Source: Candidatus Aceula lacicola
Lineage (GTDB): Bacteria; Omnitrophota; Gorgyraeia; Zapsychrales; Aceulaceae
Reading direction: 5' to 3'
Length of the DNA stretch: 64,000 nucleotides
Assembly: GCA_030765785.1 (NCBI GenBank)
Contig: JAVCCC010000004.1
Span: 10,008-74,007, forward strand
Both the position numbers and the translations under genes were made by a program. This document shows, one piece after another, positions 1 through 8,592 of the stretch (its first letter is position 1; every line of letters begins with the position of its first letter). The notes under the pieces were generated by a model, which did no database searches, had not been told where the DNA came from, and worked only from the letters and a program-made list of their open reading frames with translations.

Positions 1-230
1 GGGCAGGGTTCACACGTTGAATAGATAACACAACCCGACAAATCGATTGTTTTTAATTTTTTGCAGGCTAAGCGGATGGCCACAATTTCGGCGTGTGCTG
101 TGATATCTGTTGTTTTCCAAACTTTATTGTGAGCACAGGCAACGATCTTGCCTTTCTTAACAATACACGTACCAAATGGTGTTTGACCATTTAAGATGCC
201 CTTGCGCGCCATTTTAATAGCTTGGGTCAT
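1..230 (-). CDS. CDA-fold zinc deaminase, guanine deaminase/TadA-like; partial, 3' end beyond window start
   Basis: Reverse-strand translation from ATG at 230: MTQAIKMARKGILNGQTPFGTCIVKKGKIVACAHNKVWKTTDITAHAEIVAIRLACKKLKTIDLSGCVIYSTCEPCP. HAE and CEPCP zinc-ligand motifs match Bacillus-type guanine deaminase. ORF runs off the window edge. Confidence 0.6.
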   Translation of the reverse strand, partial: MTQAIKMARKGILNGQTPFGTCIVKKGKIVACAHNKVWKTTDITAHAEIVAIRLACKKLKTIDLSGCVIYSTCEPC

Positions 231-244
231 GAAGAATGCGTCTT

Positions 245-694
245 TTATCGTAGTATTTGCGGTTCGTGCCATGGAGATATAATTTCGAGTTTAACTTTCG
301 AAATCCCTTTCTTGATTATACCAATTTTTTTCGCTGCTGCGTAAGATAAATCAATAATTCTTCCACATTTATATGGACCGCGATCATTGATACGAACAAC
401 AACAAATTTTTTGTTGTTCAAATTTGTAACTTTAACCATTGTTCCAAAGGCTAATGTTTTATGAGCGGCAGTATAAGCCTCTTTATCGTAAGGTTGGCCG
501 CTGGCTGTTATTCTTCCACTAATTTTTCCGTACCAAGAGGCTATTCCAACGCGACTTTCGCAAGTTGCATAAAAAACATAAATTAAAATAGCAATAATAA
601 GAATAATGGCGAATTTTGTAAATTTCGGATTCGAGGTGAAATATTTAATTCCAAGTAAACATTTGGTGAAGGAAGAAATTTCTTTTTGTTTCAT
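245..694 (-). CDS. rlpA: septal ring lytic transglycosylase RlpA-family protein (double-psi beta-barrel)
   Basis: 149 aa; N-terminal TM/signal segment, then ASWYG...GRITASGQPYD...TAAHKTLAFGTMVKVTNL...VVVRINDRGPY, the classic RlpA/expansin-like DPBB signature. Confidence 0.8.
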   Translation of the reverse strand: MKQKEISSFTKCLLGIKYFTSNPKFTKFAIILIIAILIYVFYATCESRVGIASWYGKISGRITASGQPYDKEAYTAAHKTLAFGTMVKVTNLNNKKFVVVRINDRGPYKCGRIIDLSYAAAKKIGIIKKGISKVKLEIISPWHEPQILR

Positions 695-858
695 TTTGGT
701 TGACGTAAGACCTTTTCAATTAAAATACGTAGCTGGTTAACCACAGATCGTGGCAAACGAAATTGTGTCCGCAAAGCTGGTGTTGAAATTGTAAATTCAA
801 AAAGATTAGGATTGTCGGGAACTTTTTGAATATTAACATTCATTGGTAACTGCGCCAT
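691..858 (-). CDS. small hypothetical protein (55 aa), not in supplied ORF track
   Basis: ATG at 858 preceded by GGAGGA at 6-nt spacing. Reads MAQLPMNVNIQKVPDNPNLFEFTISTPALRTQFRLPRSVVNQLRILIEKVLRQPK. Stop TGA overlaps the rlpA ATG (ATGA). Lies 14 nt downstream of the mtaB stop. Confidence 0.3.
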   Translation of the reverse strand: MAQLPMNVNIQKVPDNPNLFEFTISTPALRTQFRLPRSVVNQLRILIEKVLRQPK

Positions 859-872
859 ATCTGTCCTCCATT

Positions 873-2156
873 TTATTCAAGTTGGCCGATGAGAGAATTA
901 TCTTTTATGCTGTTAAGACGAACACGACAAATTTGATTACGCAGATCTTTGCTAGATGAAACGAAAACGCGCAAATAGTTATCAGTAAGACCTGTCCACA
1001 TTTCATTCTTTTGTTCTTCAAAGAGAACTTTTTGTCGAGTTCCTAAGAATTTCTCTATAAATAATTTCTTTTTTCTGTCGCTTAAATCGCGTAAAGCTTT
1101 GCTGCGCTTAGCAATTGTTTTTTTATCAATTTGGTTTGGAAAATCTTTACTTTTGGCAAACTTTCGATTGGAATAGCTAAATGTATGAAAGTAAGCAAGT
1201 GGTGCTTGCTCAAAGAATTCATATGTCTCTTCGAAAAAATGATCTGTTTCACCAGGAAATCCAACAATCACATCGGCACCAATACATATTTCAGGAACAT
1301 TTTGTATTGCAAACTGCATAAATAAATCAAGATCGGCTGAGGTATAGCGACGTTTCATCGAAAATAAGATTTTATCACAGGCGCTTTGAATTGGAATGTG
1401 AAGATATCGGCAAAGTTTCGTGTTTGATGCCATTAAAAGAATAAGATCGTGCGGAATGGTATTTGGTTCAATGGATGAAATGCGAATTCGTTCAATGCCG
1501 TCCACAGGTAGAAGTTTTTTTATGACATCATTTATCATTTTCTTTTCAAAATGATATGCCCCAATATTAATGCCGGTGAGCACAATTTCCTTGTGATTGA
1601 ATGCTCCTAAAAGTTTTGCTTCTTTTATAATATCGTCAAATTTACGACTACGGGCATTTCCTCGCGCATATGGTATTTCGCAGTATGAGCAATAAGAATC
1701 GCAACCATCTTGAATCTTAATATTGGCTCGCGTTCGCTTAGCGCTTGCTCCTGAGGCGGGCATGGTAAAAGGTTTTGACGGAATTGGCGTAACTAAAATC
1801 TTTTGTTTTTGATTTTCAGGATCAGTAATAATTTCTGGTAATGTCATTTTTTTTGCATTACCGACAACCCATTGAACGTTTGAGAATTCTTTTAGTTCCT
1901 CTTTTTGCGTTTGTGCTTGGCATCCGATTAACGCGATTTTGACATTTGCGTTTGTTCGACAAATTTTATTAACCAACCGCCGCGTGTCCGAGTCCCCTTT
2001 TTCAGTAACGGTGCAGGTGTTGATCACCGCAATGTCAGATTTTTGATTTTCAGGAATAATTTTAAATCCGCGCTCTTTGCAGAGATTCTCAAGAACAGCG
2101 GTTTCGGATTGATTGGAACGGCATCCTAAGGTGTAGAATGAAATCGTTTTTTTCAT
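873..2156 (-). CDS. MiaB-family radical SAM methylthiotransferase (MtaB-like)
   Basis: 427 aa; N-terminal MTTase domain (TLGCRSNQSET), radical SAM CDSYCSYCEIPYARG (CxxxCxxC), C-terminal TRAM-like region. Confidence 0.8.
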   Translation of the reverse strand: MKKTISFYTLGCRSNQSETAVLENLCKERGFKIIPENQKSDIAVINTCTVTEKGDSDTRRLVNKICRTNANVKIALIGCQAQTQKEELKEFSNVQWVVGNAKKMTLPEIITDPENQKQKILVTPIPSKPFTMPASGASAKRTRANIKIQDGCDSYCSYCEIPYARGNARSRKFDDIIKEAKLLGAFNHKEIVLTGINIGAYHFEKKMINDVIKKLLPVDGIERIRISSIEPNTIPHDLILLMASNTKLCRYLHIPIQSACDKILFSMKRRYTSADLDLFMQFAIQNVPEICIGADVIVGFPGETDHFFEETYEFFEQAPLAYFHTFSYSNRKFAKSKDFPNQIDKKTIAKRSKALRDLSDRKKKLFIEKFLGTRQKVLFEEQKNEMWTGLTDNYLRVFVSSSKDLRNQICRVRLNSIKDNSLIGQLE

Positions 2157-2222
2157 AATACTAGTATACTAATTTATATTAAGGATTCAACATCATTCTT
2201 ATTGAATTTTTCTCAACTAGAG

Positions 2223-2250
2223 TTGCATGTTTATAGGAATTCGCTATAAT
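2223..2250 (+). promoter_or_regulatory. candidate sigma70 promoter for dus (TTGCAT-16-TATAAT); -10 ends 7 nt before the ATG at 2258, so likely leaderless
   Basis: TTGCAT at 2223-2228, TATAAT at 2245-2250, then gaccatt, then ATGAAA. Same geometry as the ABC-transporter promoter. Confidence 0.35.
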
Positions 2251-3208
2251 GACCATTATGAAAATAGGAAACATTGAAATAGACAAGCCTATTTCGCTTG
2301 CGCCGATGGAAGATATTTCGGATACGCCGTTTCGTTTAATTTGCAAACGATTGGGTGCGGATTTGCTTTACACGGAATTTACAAGTAGCGAGGCGCTCAT
2401 TCGAAATGTTAAAAGTGCTTTTCACAAAGTTACGGTTCGAGATGAAGAGCGCCCCGTTGGGATACAAATTTTTGGTAGCCGCCCTCTCTCGATGCAAAAA
2501 GCAGCACAGGTTGTGGAAGAAGCTCGACCGGATTTTATTGATATCAATTGCGGGTGTTGGGTAAAAAATCTTGTGGCGCGCGGTGAAGGTGCTGGACTTT
2601 TGAAAGACTTGAAACGACTTGAAGAAATTGTGAAAATCGTCGTTGATGCGGTCCAGTGTCCTGTTACGGTCAAGACGCGACTTGGATGGGATAAGGAAAA
2701 TATCGTTATTTTAGAAGTTGCAAAAATGGTTGAACAAGCGGGTGCCAAGGCTCTGACCGTTCATTGTCGTACGCGCACACAAGCCTTTAAAGGGACTGCG
2801 GATTGGTCTTGGCTTGAAAAAATTAAAAAAAATATTTCCATTCCTTTGATAGGAAATGGAGATATTTTAACTCCAAAGGATGCGAAGACTGTTTTTGAAA
2901 CAGGCTGCGACGGTATTATGATTGGTCGAGGTGCGGTCACGAATCCGTGGATTTTTAAACAAATAAAATATTTCTTGGAAACGGGTGAATATCTTCCCGA
3001 AGCTTCCTTCCGGGAGCGTATCGAATTGTGCATTGAGCACTTGAAGCTTTCTGTTGATTTTAAGGGTGAGTATCGAGGGGTTAATGATTTTAGAAAACAT
3101 TACGCAGGATATCTTCGCGATCATCCTGGTGTTTCAAAACTTCGTGCTGAACTTGTCACAATCAAGCAATCACAACAAATCATAGACCGGCTGCAGCTTC
3201 TTCTTTAA
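2249..3208 (+). CDS. dus: tRNA-dihydrouridine synthase
   Basis: 319 aa; LAPMEDISDTPFRLICKRLGADLLYTEF..IQIFG TIM-barrel Dus signature. True start may be the ATG at 2258 (MKIGNIEI), given a TATAAT at 2245-2250. Confidence 0.85.
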   Translation: MTIMKIGNIEIDKPISLAPMEDISDTPFRLICKRLGADLLYTEFTSSEALIRNVKSAFHKVTVRDEERPVGIQIFGSRPLSMQKAAQVVEEARPDFIDINCGCWVKNLVARGEGAGLLKDLKRLEEIVKIVVDAVQCPVTVKTRLGWDKENIVILEVAKMVEQAGAKALTVHCRTRTQAFKGTADWSWLEKIKKNISIPLIGNGDILTPKDAKTVFETGCDGIMIGRGAVTNPWIFKQIKYFLETGEYLPEASFRERIELCIEHLKLSVDFKGEYRGVNDFRKHYAGYLRDHPGVSKLRAELVTIKQSQQIIDRLQLLL

Positions 3209-4515
3209 ATATTTTTATTTGGTTTAATTTTATCGGAAAAACGTTCGTTGATTTTTAGAATCTCTGGAAAAATTTCTTTAAATTTATCGACGAGTTTTGG
3301 GTCAAAAAATGTTCCTCTTAGAGATTCGATCTCTTTTAAAGCGTCGTGTGCAGACCATGCCTTTTTGTAAGGCCTGTTGGAGGTAAGCGCGTCAAAGACA
3401 TCGCAAAGACAAACGATGCGAGCCAATACAGGAATTGATTCTGTTTTTAATCCTTTTGGGTAACCTGAGCCATCCCATTTTTCATGATGCAAAAGAGCGA
3501 TGTCTTTGGCTGTTTCGAGTAAAGGAGATTTATCTTCTTCAAGAATCTCTGCGCCAATGGTTGTGTGCGTTTTCATGACTTCCCATTCTTGAGGATCTAA
3601 TTTTCCCGGCTTCAAGAGAATTGAATCAGGAATCCCAATCTTGCCAATGTCATGCATTTGACTTGCATAAAAAAGAAGCTCAGAACCTTTTTTTTCTATT
3701 TCAATAGCGCGCGCTAAAAGAGCGCAATAGTAACTTATGCGTTTAATATGTTGCCCTGTTTCACAGTCACGGTATTCCGCAGCGCTACCGAGCATATGAA
3801 TAATTTCATGTTGTGTCTCCTGAAGCTCAGTGGTTCTTTCTTTGACTAAATGTTCTAAATTTTCTTTGTGTGATTTTAGGCTTTCGGAATGAAAAAAGTT
3901 TTTTCGCGCAAAAAGTTCGAGCCAGTAACAGACATACATGCCAATAAGATTTGCCATCACAAGAAAAAACGTATTGGTAACGAGTGTTTGCAATGGAACA
4001 GGGTTAACCCAAATGGCGACTGCTTCATAAAACAGAATAATAAACAAGCCTGCTAAAGATGCCCAAATGAATCGAGCACGCATAACCGCGTATCCATATA
4101 AAAAAATAGTAAGAAGACTTGCGTTCGGCGTGTACGCAAAAGAGCTTGGCAAGATAGCAAATTTAGAAACAACACCAATGCCACAAGCCATGATGCCCAA
4201 AAAAATGGCAAAGCTGACATATCTTTTTGGATTCTTTAAAAACGTAAACAAAATAGATGCAATCATGACCGGCCAAATAATAACATATCGCAACATCAAA
4301 AGTCGCCAGACAAGCTCTTGCGGATAAAACCAAATTTCAAGAAGGCCAAAAAGTCCCCAGACAAGAACTCCCAAAAGCATTGAGATTCTCATGTTAGCCA
4401 AGTAATGAGTAAAGTAAAAGTTAAGAAATTGTTGCTCTAGCGCGCCCTTAAAAGAAAGCGTAAAACGATGAATGGGGATTGAATGACCCTCTGAGTATTG
4501 ATCCTTAAATTGCAT
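3205..4515 (-). CDS. membrane-anchored HD-GYP domain phosphohydrolase (putative c-di-GMP phosphodiesterase)
   Basis: 436 aa; N-terminal roughly 6 hydrophobic helices. C-terminal HD-GYP domain: HDIGKIGIPDSILLKPGKL ... HHEKWDGSGYP. Paralogous to the HD-GYP domain at 59658..60728. Confidence 0.8.
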   Translation of the reverse strand: MQFKDQYSEGHSIPIHRFTLSFKGALEQQFLNFYFTHYLANMRISMLLGVLVWGLFGLLEIWFYPQELVWRLLMLRYVIIWPVMIASILFTFLKNPKRYVSFAIFLGIMACGIGVVSKFAILPSSFAYTPNASLLTIFLYGYAVMRARFIWASLAGLFIILFYEAVAIWVNPVPLQTLVTNTFFLVMANLIGMYVCYWLELFARKNFFHSESLKSHKENLEHLVKERTTELQETQHEIIHMLGSAAEYRDCETGQHIKRISYYCALLARAIEIEKKGSELLFYASQMHDIGKIGIPDSILLKPGKLDPQEWEVMKTHTTIGAEILEEDKSPLLETAKDIALLHHEKWDGSGYPKGLKTESIPVLARIVCLCDVFDALTSNRPYKKAWSAHDALKEIESLRGTFFDPKLVDKFKEIFPEILKINERFSDKIKPNKNI

Positions 4516-4591
4516 TGTTATCCATTGTATTGGTTATAGTTACGATTTAGAAATTATAGCACATTTTTCTTAAAACAACAAAATCTAAGCA

Positions 4592-4620
4592 TTGACAGCG
4601 TAAAACTTCGAATCTATAAT
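4592..4620 (+). promoter_or_regulatory. consensus sigma70 promoter TTGACA-17-TATAAT for the ABC transporter operon; probably leaderless
   Basis: TTGACA at 4592-4597, 17-nt spacer, TATAAT at 4615-4620. The -10 box overlaps the first ATG at 4619; the second ATG at 4628 lies 7 nt after the -10. Confidence 0.6.
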
Positions 4621-5368
4621 GGCCATCATGAGAAATTCAGATATTGCTATTTCAATCAAGAATTTAAGCAAATTTTACGGGTCTTTTCAGGCTTTAAAGG
4701 ATATCTCTTTTGACGTTGAAAGAGGAAGCTTTTTTGGATTTTTAGGTCCTAATGGTGCTGGAAAGACAACAACGATTAACGTTTTGACAGGACTTTCAAA
4801 TTATAGCTCGGGATCTGTTGATGTGTTTGGTTTTGGCGTTACAAGTGAATATCAAAAAACGAGACCCTTAATCGGTCTTTGTGCACAAGAATTTAATTTT
4901 GATCCCTTCCTTTCGCTTGAGCAGATGCTCGTTTATCAGGCTGGTTACTTTGGTATTTCAGAGCCACAAGCGAAAAGGCGAGCCAATGAACTTTTAGATC
5001 GATTTCAATTGTCTGAAAAGAAATCTGTGAAATATCGAGCCCTTTCAGGAGGAATGAAGAAGCGTCTCTTGTTGTGCCGTGCATTGATTCATGATCCTGA
5101 AATTTTGATTTTAGATGAGCCGACAGCCGGCTGTGATTTGGAACTTCGTTTTTTGATTTGGGATTATCTCGCTGAGTTGAACAAAGAAGGAAAAACAATT
5201 TTTTTAACAACGCATTATATGGAAGAAGCAGAAAAGTTGTGCAAAACCATTGGCATTATTCATAATGGTGAGATTGTTCAGATTGGTGAAAAAGAAAAAG
5301 TGATGAAAGAAAAAACACTGCAAGATGTCTTTTTAGAATTAACGAATTATCGGGAAAAAATATGCTGA
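4619..5368 (+). CDS. ABC transporter ATP-binding protein (functional start probably ATG at 4628)
   Basis: Walker A GPNGAGKTT, ABC signature LSGGMKKR, Walker B ILILDEPT. Starts MRNSDIAISIKNLSKFYG if the 4628 start is used. Confidence 0.9.
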   Translation: MAIMRNSDIAISIKNLSKFYGSFQALKDISFDVERGSFFGFLGPNGAGKTTTINVLTGLSNYSSGSVDVFGFGVTSEYQKTRPLIGLCAQEFNFDPFLSLEQMLVYQAGYFGISEPQAKRRANELLDRFQLSEKKSVKYRALSGGMKKRLLLCRALIHDPEILILDEPTAGCDLELRFLIWDYLAELNKEGKTIFLTTHYMEEAEKLCKTIGIIHNGEIVQIGEKEKVMKEKTLQDVFLELTNYREKIC

Positions 5369-6135
5369 TTAGTAATCCAACTGGAATTTTAGCTTTAATC
5401 AAAAGAGAGGTGATGCGATTTCTTTCGGTGGCCACTCAAACATTGTTTCCGCCGATGATTTCTTCTATTTTGTTCATTTGTATTTTTGGGCTTGCGTTGG
5501 GAAAGCGCATTGATTTAAGCGAAAGTGGCATTACGTATATCGCGTTTATTATTCCTGGGTTGATGACCATGAATGCCATTACAAGTTCGTATGAAAATGC
5601 GAGCTCGTCATTATTTATCTCTAGATGGCATAACCATATTCAAGAAGTCTTGCTTTCCCCCTTGTCCTATTTTGAAATGGTTCTAGGAATTTTGGTCGGG
5701 AGCCTGGTGCGTTCTCTTCTTGTGGTTAGTGGTGTCCTTGCGATATCTTTGACTTTTAACCCAATGCCGATTGCGCATCCATTTTTAATGATTTATTTTA
5801 TGGTGATTATTCCTATTATTTTTTCTTGTGCTGGAATGTTGGCTGCTCTTTGGGCTGAGGATTTTAATATGCTCACGATGTGGAACACGTATTTGATTAT
5901 GCCGTTGACTTTTTTAGGTGGCGTGTTTCATCCCATTCATTTAATTCCAGCCCAGTTTCGATTTTTCACAAAATTAAATCCAATGTACTATTTGGTTAAC
6001 GGAATGCGTCACAGCGTTATTGGCGTCTCAGACACCCAAGTTATGCACAGCATCGCTGTTTCTCTTGCGCTTGCTATCGTAATGTTTTTAACGACCGTGT
6101 ATTTGTTTCGTATCGGATATAAGCTGAGAACATAA
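5362..6135 (+). CDS. ABC-2 family transporter permease
   Basis: 257 aa with 6 predicted TM segments. Start overlaps the ATPase stop (ATGCTGATTAG). Confidence 0.8.
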   Translation: MLISNPTGILALIKREVMRFLSVATQTLFPPMISSILFICIFGLALGKRIDLSESGITYIAFIIPGLMTMNAITSSYENASSSLFISRWHNHIQEVLLSPLSYFEMVLGILVGSLVRSLLVVSGVLAISLTFNPMPIAHPFLMIYFMVIIPIIFSCAGMLAALWAEDFNMLTMWNTYLIMPLTFLGGVFHPIHLIPAQFRFFTKLNPMYYLVNGMRHSVIGVSDTQVMHSIAVSLALAIVMFLTTVYLFRIGYKLRT

Positions 6136-6137
6136 TT

Positions 6138-7391
6138 ATGGATTCTTTAATTCAAAAAGTTTTAGATAGCCAAAAAAAAATTTATGAATGGATTCGCGAA
6201 TCGGAATCCTTAAGGGAGCTTCCTCTTTATTCTTCTGTGGATATTCGAAACTCTGGATTTAAAATGGCTGTTGTGGATACAAACTTATTTCCGGCAGGGT
6301 TTAATAATATTTGCGAGCACGGAGTTTCGGACGCAGCGTTGTTTATAAAAAAAGCGATTTCAAAGCGCGTCACCAACGGGAAAAATATTTTGATTGTTGC
6401 CGAGGAACACACACGAAATACGTGGTATTTTGAAAATATTCGAGTTTTAAAAGAGATCATTGAAAAAGCCGGATACGCTGCGACGATTGCAACATTTTTA
6501 ACAATTCATCCGTCTTTCTGTGAAAATGCCAATGCGGTTGAACTTGAAACTGCTACAGGAAAAACAATTAAGATTTATTGTTTTAAAAAGATTTTGGCGG
6601 AAATTAAGTCTGGGAATAAGAATTTTGATTTGATTATTCTTAATAATGATTTAACTTCTGGGGTTCCAGATGTTTTGCGCGAAGCACACATTCCCATTTA
6701 TCCTTCTCTTCAGGCGGGATGGCACGCCAGATCAAAGTCTAGCCATTTTAAACATAATCATGATTTGATTAAGGAATTTTCAAAAATTATTGATGTGGAT
6801 CCGTGGCTCCTTTCTTGCTTTGATGACGTTATAACCGATGTCAATATTAACAATGAACAAGATCGATCACGTTTAATGGGAGTTGCTTCAAATTTATTTG
6901 AACGTATTGAAAAAAAATATAAAGAACACAGCATTGATGAAAAGCCTTACATTTTTGTGAAATCAGATTCCGGGACATATGGCATGGGTGTCGTTCCTAT
7001 TGAAAGTCCCGAAGAAATTTTAAGTTTAAACCGAAAAAGCCGAAATAATTTATTTAAAGGAAAGGGTTCAAAGGCTGTCGATCGCTACCTTTTGCAAGAA
7101 GGTGTCTCCACCTATTATCATATTGATGAAAAGATTAGCGAGGTTTGCATTTATCAAATCGACAATAATTTGATCGGTGGATTTTATCGTTCTCACAGTG
7201 CAAAAACAAATCGAGATAATTTAAATTCAAAGGGAATGAACTTCACGACGATGTGCCCGCATCTTCGAAAATACGGGGATTGTGGAGTGCATCACGATAT
7301 GAATAGTTTTGACGTTTATCGTCTTTTAGCGCGCATTGCGGGGATTGCTGCGCATCATGAAATTCTTCAACTGGAGGCTGCTTGCAAATGA
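6138..7391 (+). CDS. putative non-canonical glutamate--cysteine ligase (GshA-like; ATP-grasp-like core)
   Basis: 417 aa; ATP-grasp-like motif YIFVKSDSGTYGMGV. Sits directly upstream of gshB (overlapping) and a glutaredoxin. Resembles in size and context the rare Acidithiobacillus-type gamma-glutamylcysteine synthetase family. Function inferred mainly from context. Confidence 0.4.
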   Translation: MDSLIQKVLDSQKKIYEWIRESESLRELPLYSSVDIRNSGFKMAVVDTNLFPAGFNNICEHGVSDAALFIKKAISKRVTNGKNILIVAEEHTRNTWYFENIRVLKEIIEKAGYAATIATFLTIHPSFCENANAVELETATGKTIKIYCFKKILAEIKSGNKNFDLIILNNDLTSGVPDVLREAHIPIYPSLQAGWHARSKSSHFKHNHDLIKEFSKIIDVDPWLLSCFDDVITDVNINNEQDRSRLMGVASNLFERIEKKYKEHSIDEKPYIFVKSDSGTYGMGVVPIESPEEILSLNRKSRNNLFKGKGSKAVDRYLLQEGVSTYYHIDEKISEVCIYQIDNNLIGGFYRSHSAKTNRDNLNSKGMNFTTMCPHLRKYGDCGVHHDMNSFDVYRLLARIAGIAAHHEILQLEAACK

Positions 7392-8344
7392 ATTTTGTAT
7401 TTTTAATGGATCCGTTGGAAACAATTAAGATTGAAAAGGACACAACCTTTGCTTTAATGCTGTGTGCTTATTTTCGAAATCATCGAACCTTTTTTTTGTC
7501 TGAAGGAAATATTTCAATTAAGGAAGGAAAAGTTTCTTTTAAAGTAACGGAGGTTGTTCCGCAAAAAGATGCGGATATGCCTTTTGTTAAGAAAGAAACC
7601 AGTGACTTGCTTGAAGATAATGTGGACGTCGTTTTTATCCGGACCGATCCTCCCTTTGATGAGTCGTATCTGATGAGCACATGGCTTTTAGATCGTCTTC
7701 CAAAACGAGTCGCGATCATTAATAGCCCGAACGGTATTCGAACAGTTAATGAAAAACTATGGGCAACGCAATTTACTTCAATTGTTCCAAAGACACTTGT
7801 AACGCGGAATAAGGATGAGTTTATTAAATTTTTGGATTTGGAAAAAGAAGTTATTATTAAGCCTGTTAATCTATTTGGCGGAATATCGATATTTCATATC
7901 CGAAAAGGTGATCTTAATGCACACGTAGCCTTTGAAACATTGAGCAATTCAGAAAAACATGAAGTTATTGTTCAGAAATATGTCAATGATGCTAAGGTTG
8001 GCGATAAACGGATTTTATTACTTGATGGTGAGCCGCTTGGGGCATTATTGCGTGTTCATGCACAAGATGATCATCGCAATAATTTCTTTTCTGGAGGCTA
8101 TGCTAAGCCAATTGATATTACAGCAAAAGATCAAAGAATTATCGAGCTTTTAAAACCTCATTTGCGTAGCCTTGGCCTTTATTTTGTTGGGATTGATATT
8201 ATTGGTGATTATCTGATTGAAGTCAATGTTACCTCTCCTACTTGCCTTCAGGAAATGAATAGATTTTATCATCAAGCGCTGGAAGATCAAGTTATTAACT
8301 TTGCAGAAGAATTAACAAAGAAATATCAAGGAAGTTTATCATGA
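7382..8344 (+). CDS. gshB: glutathione synthetase
   Basis: 320 aa; matches E. coli GshB: MDPLETIKIEKDTTFALM, TDPPFDESY, NEKLWAT, TLVTRNK, IIKPVNLFGGISIF, GDKRILLLDGEP, FVGIDIIGDYLIEVNVTSPTC. Confidence 0.9.
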   Translation: MQMNFVFLMDPLETIKIEKDTTFALMLCAYFRNHRTFFLSEGNISIKEGKVSFKVTEVVPQKDADMPFVKKETSDLLEDNVDVVFIRTDPPFDESYLMSTWLLDRLPKRVAIINSPNGIRTVNEKLWATQFTSIVPKTLVTRNKDEFIKFLDLEKEVIIKPVNLFGGISIFHIRKGDLNAHVAFETLSNSEKHEVIVQKYVNDAKVGDKRILLLDGEPLGALLRVHAQDDHRNNFFSGGYAKPIDITAKDQRIIELLKPHLRSLGLYFVGIDIIGDYLIEVNVTSPTCLQEMNRFYHQALEDQVINFAEELTKKYQGSLS

Positions 8345-8583
8345 AATTAACATTATATTATTTTTCTGGATGTCCATTTTGCGGGCGCGTTCTTGCGTTT
8401 GTTGAAGAACACGGCGTCTCACTTGAAAAAAGAAATATTCATGAGAGTGATGCGATTAAACAAGAACTGCTTGAGATTGGAGGAAAGTCACAGGTTCCGT
8501 GTCTTGTGGTAGAAGGAAAGCCGATTTATGAATCTATGGATATCATTGAGTGGTTGAGAGAAAATGTTGTGCGGTCGAAGTAG
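8341..8583 (+). CDS. glutaredoxin
   Basis: 80 aa; CPFC active site in YYFSGCPFCGRV, SQVPC cis-Pro region, GG motif. Confidence 0.8.
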   Translation: MKLTLYYFSGCPFCGRVLAFVEEHGVSLEKRNIHESDAIKQELLEIGGKSQVPCLVVEGKPIYESMDIIEWLRENVVRSK

Positions 8584-8592
8584 TTATTTAGT

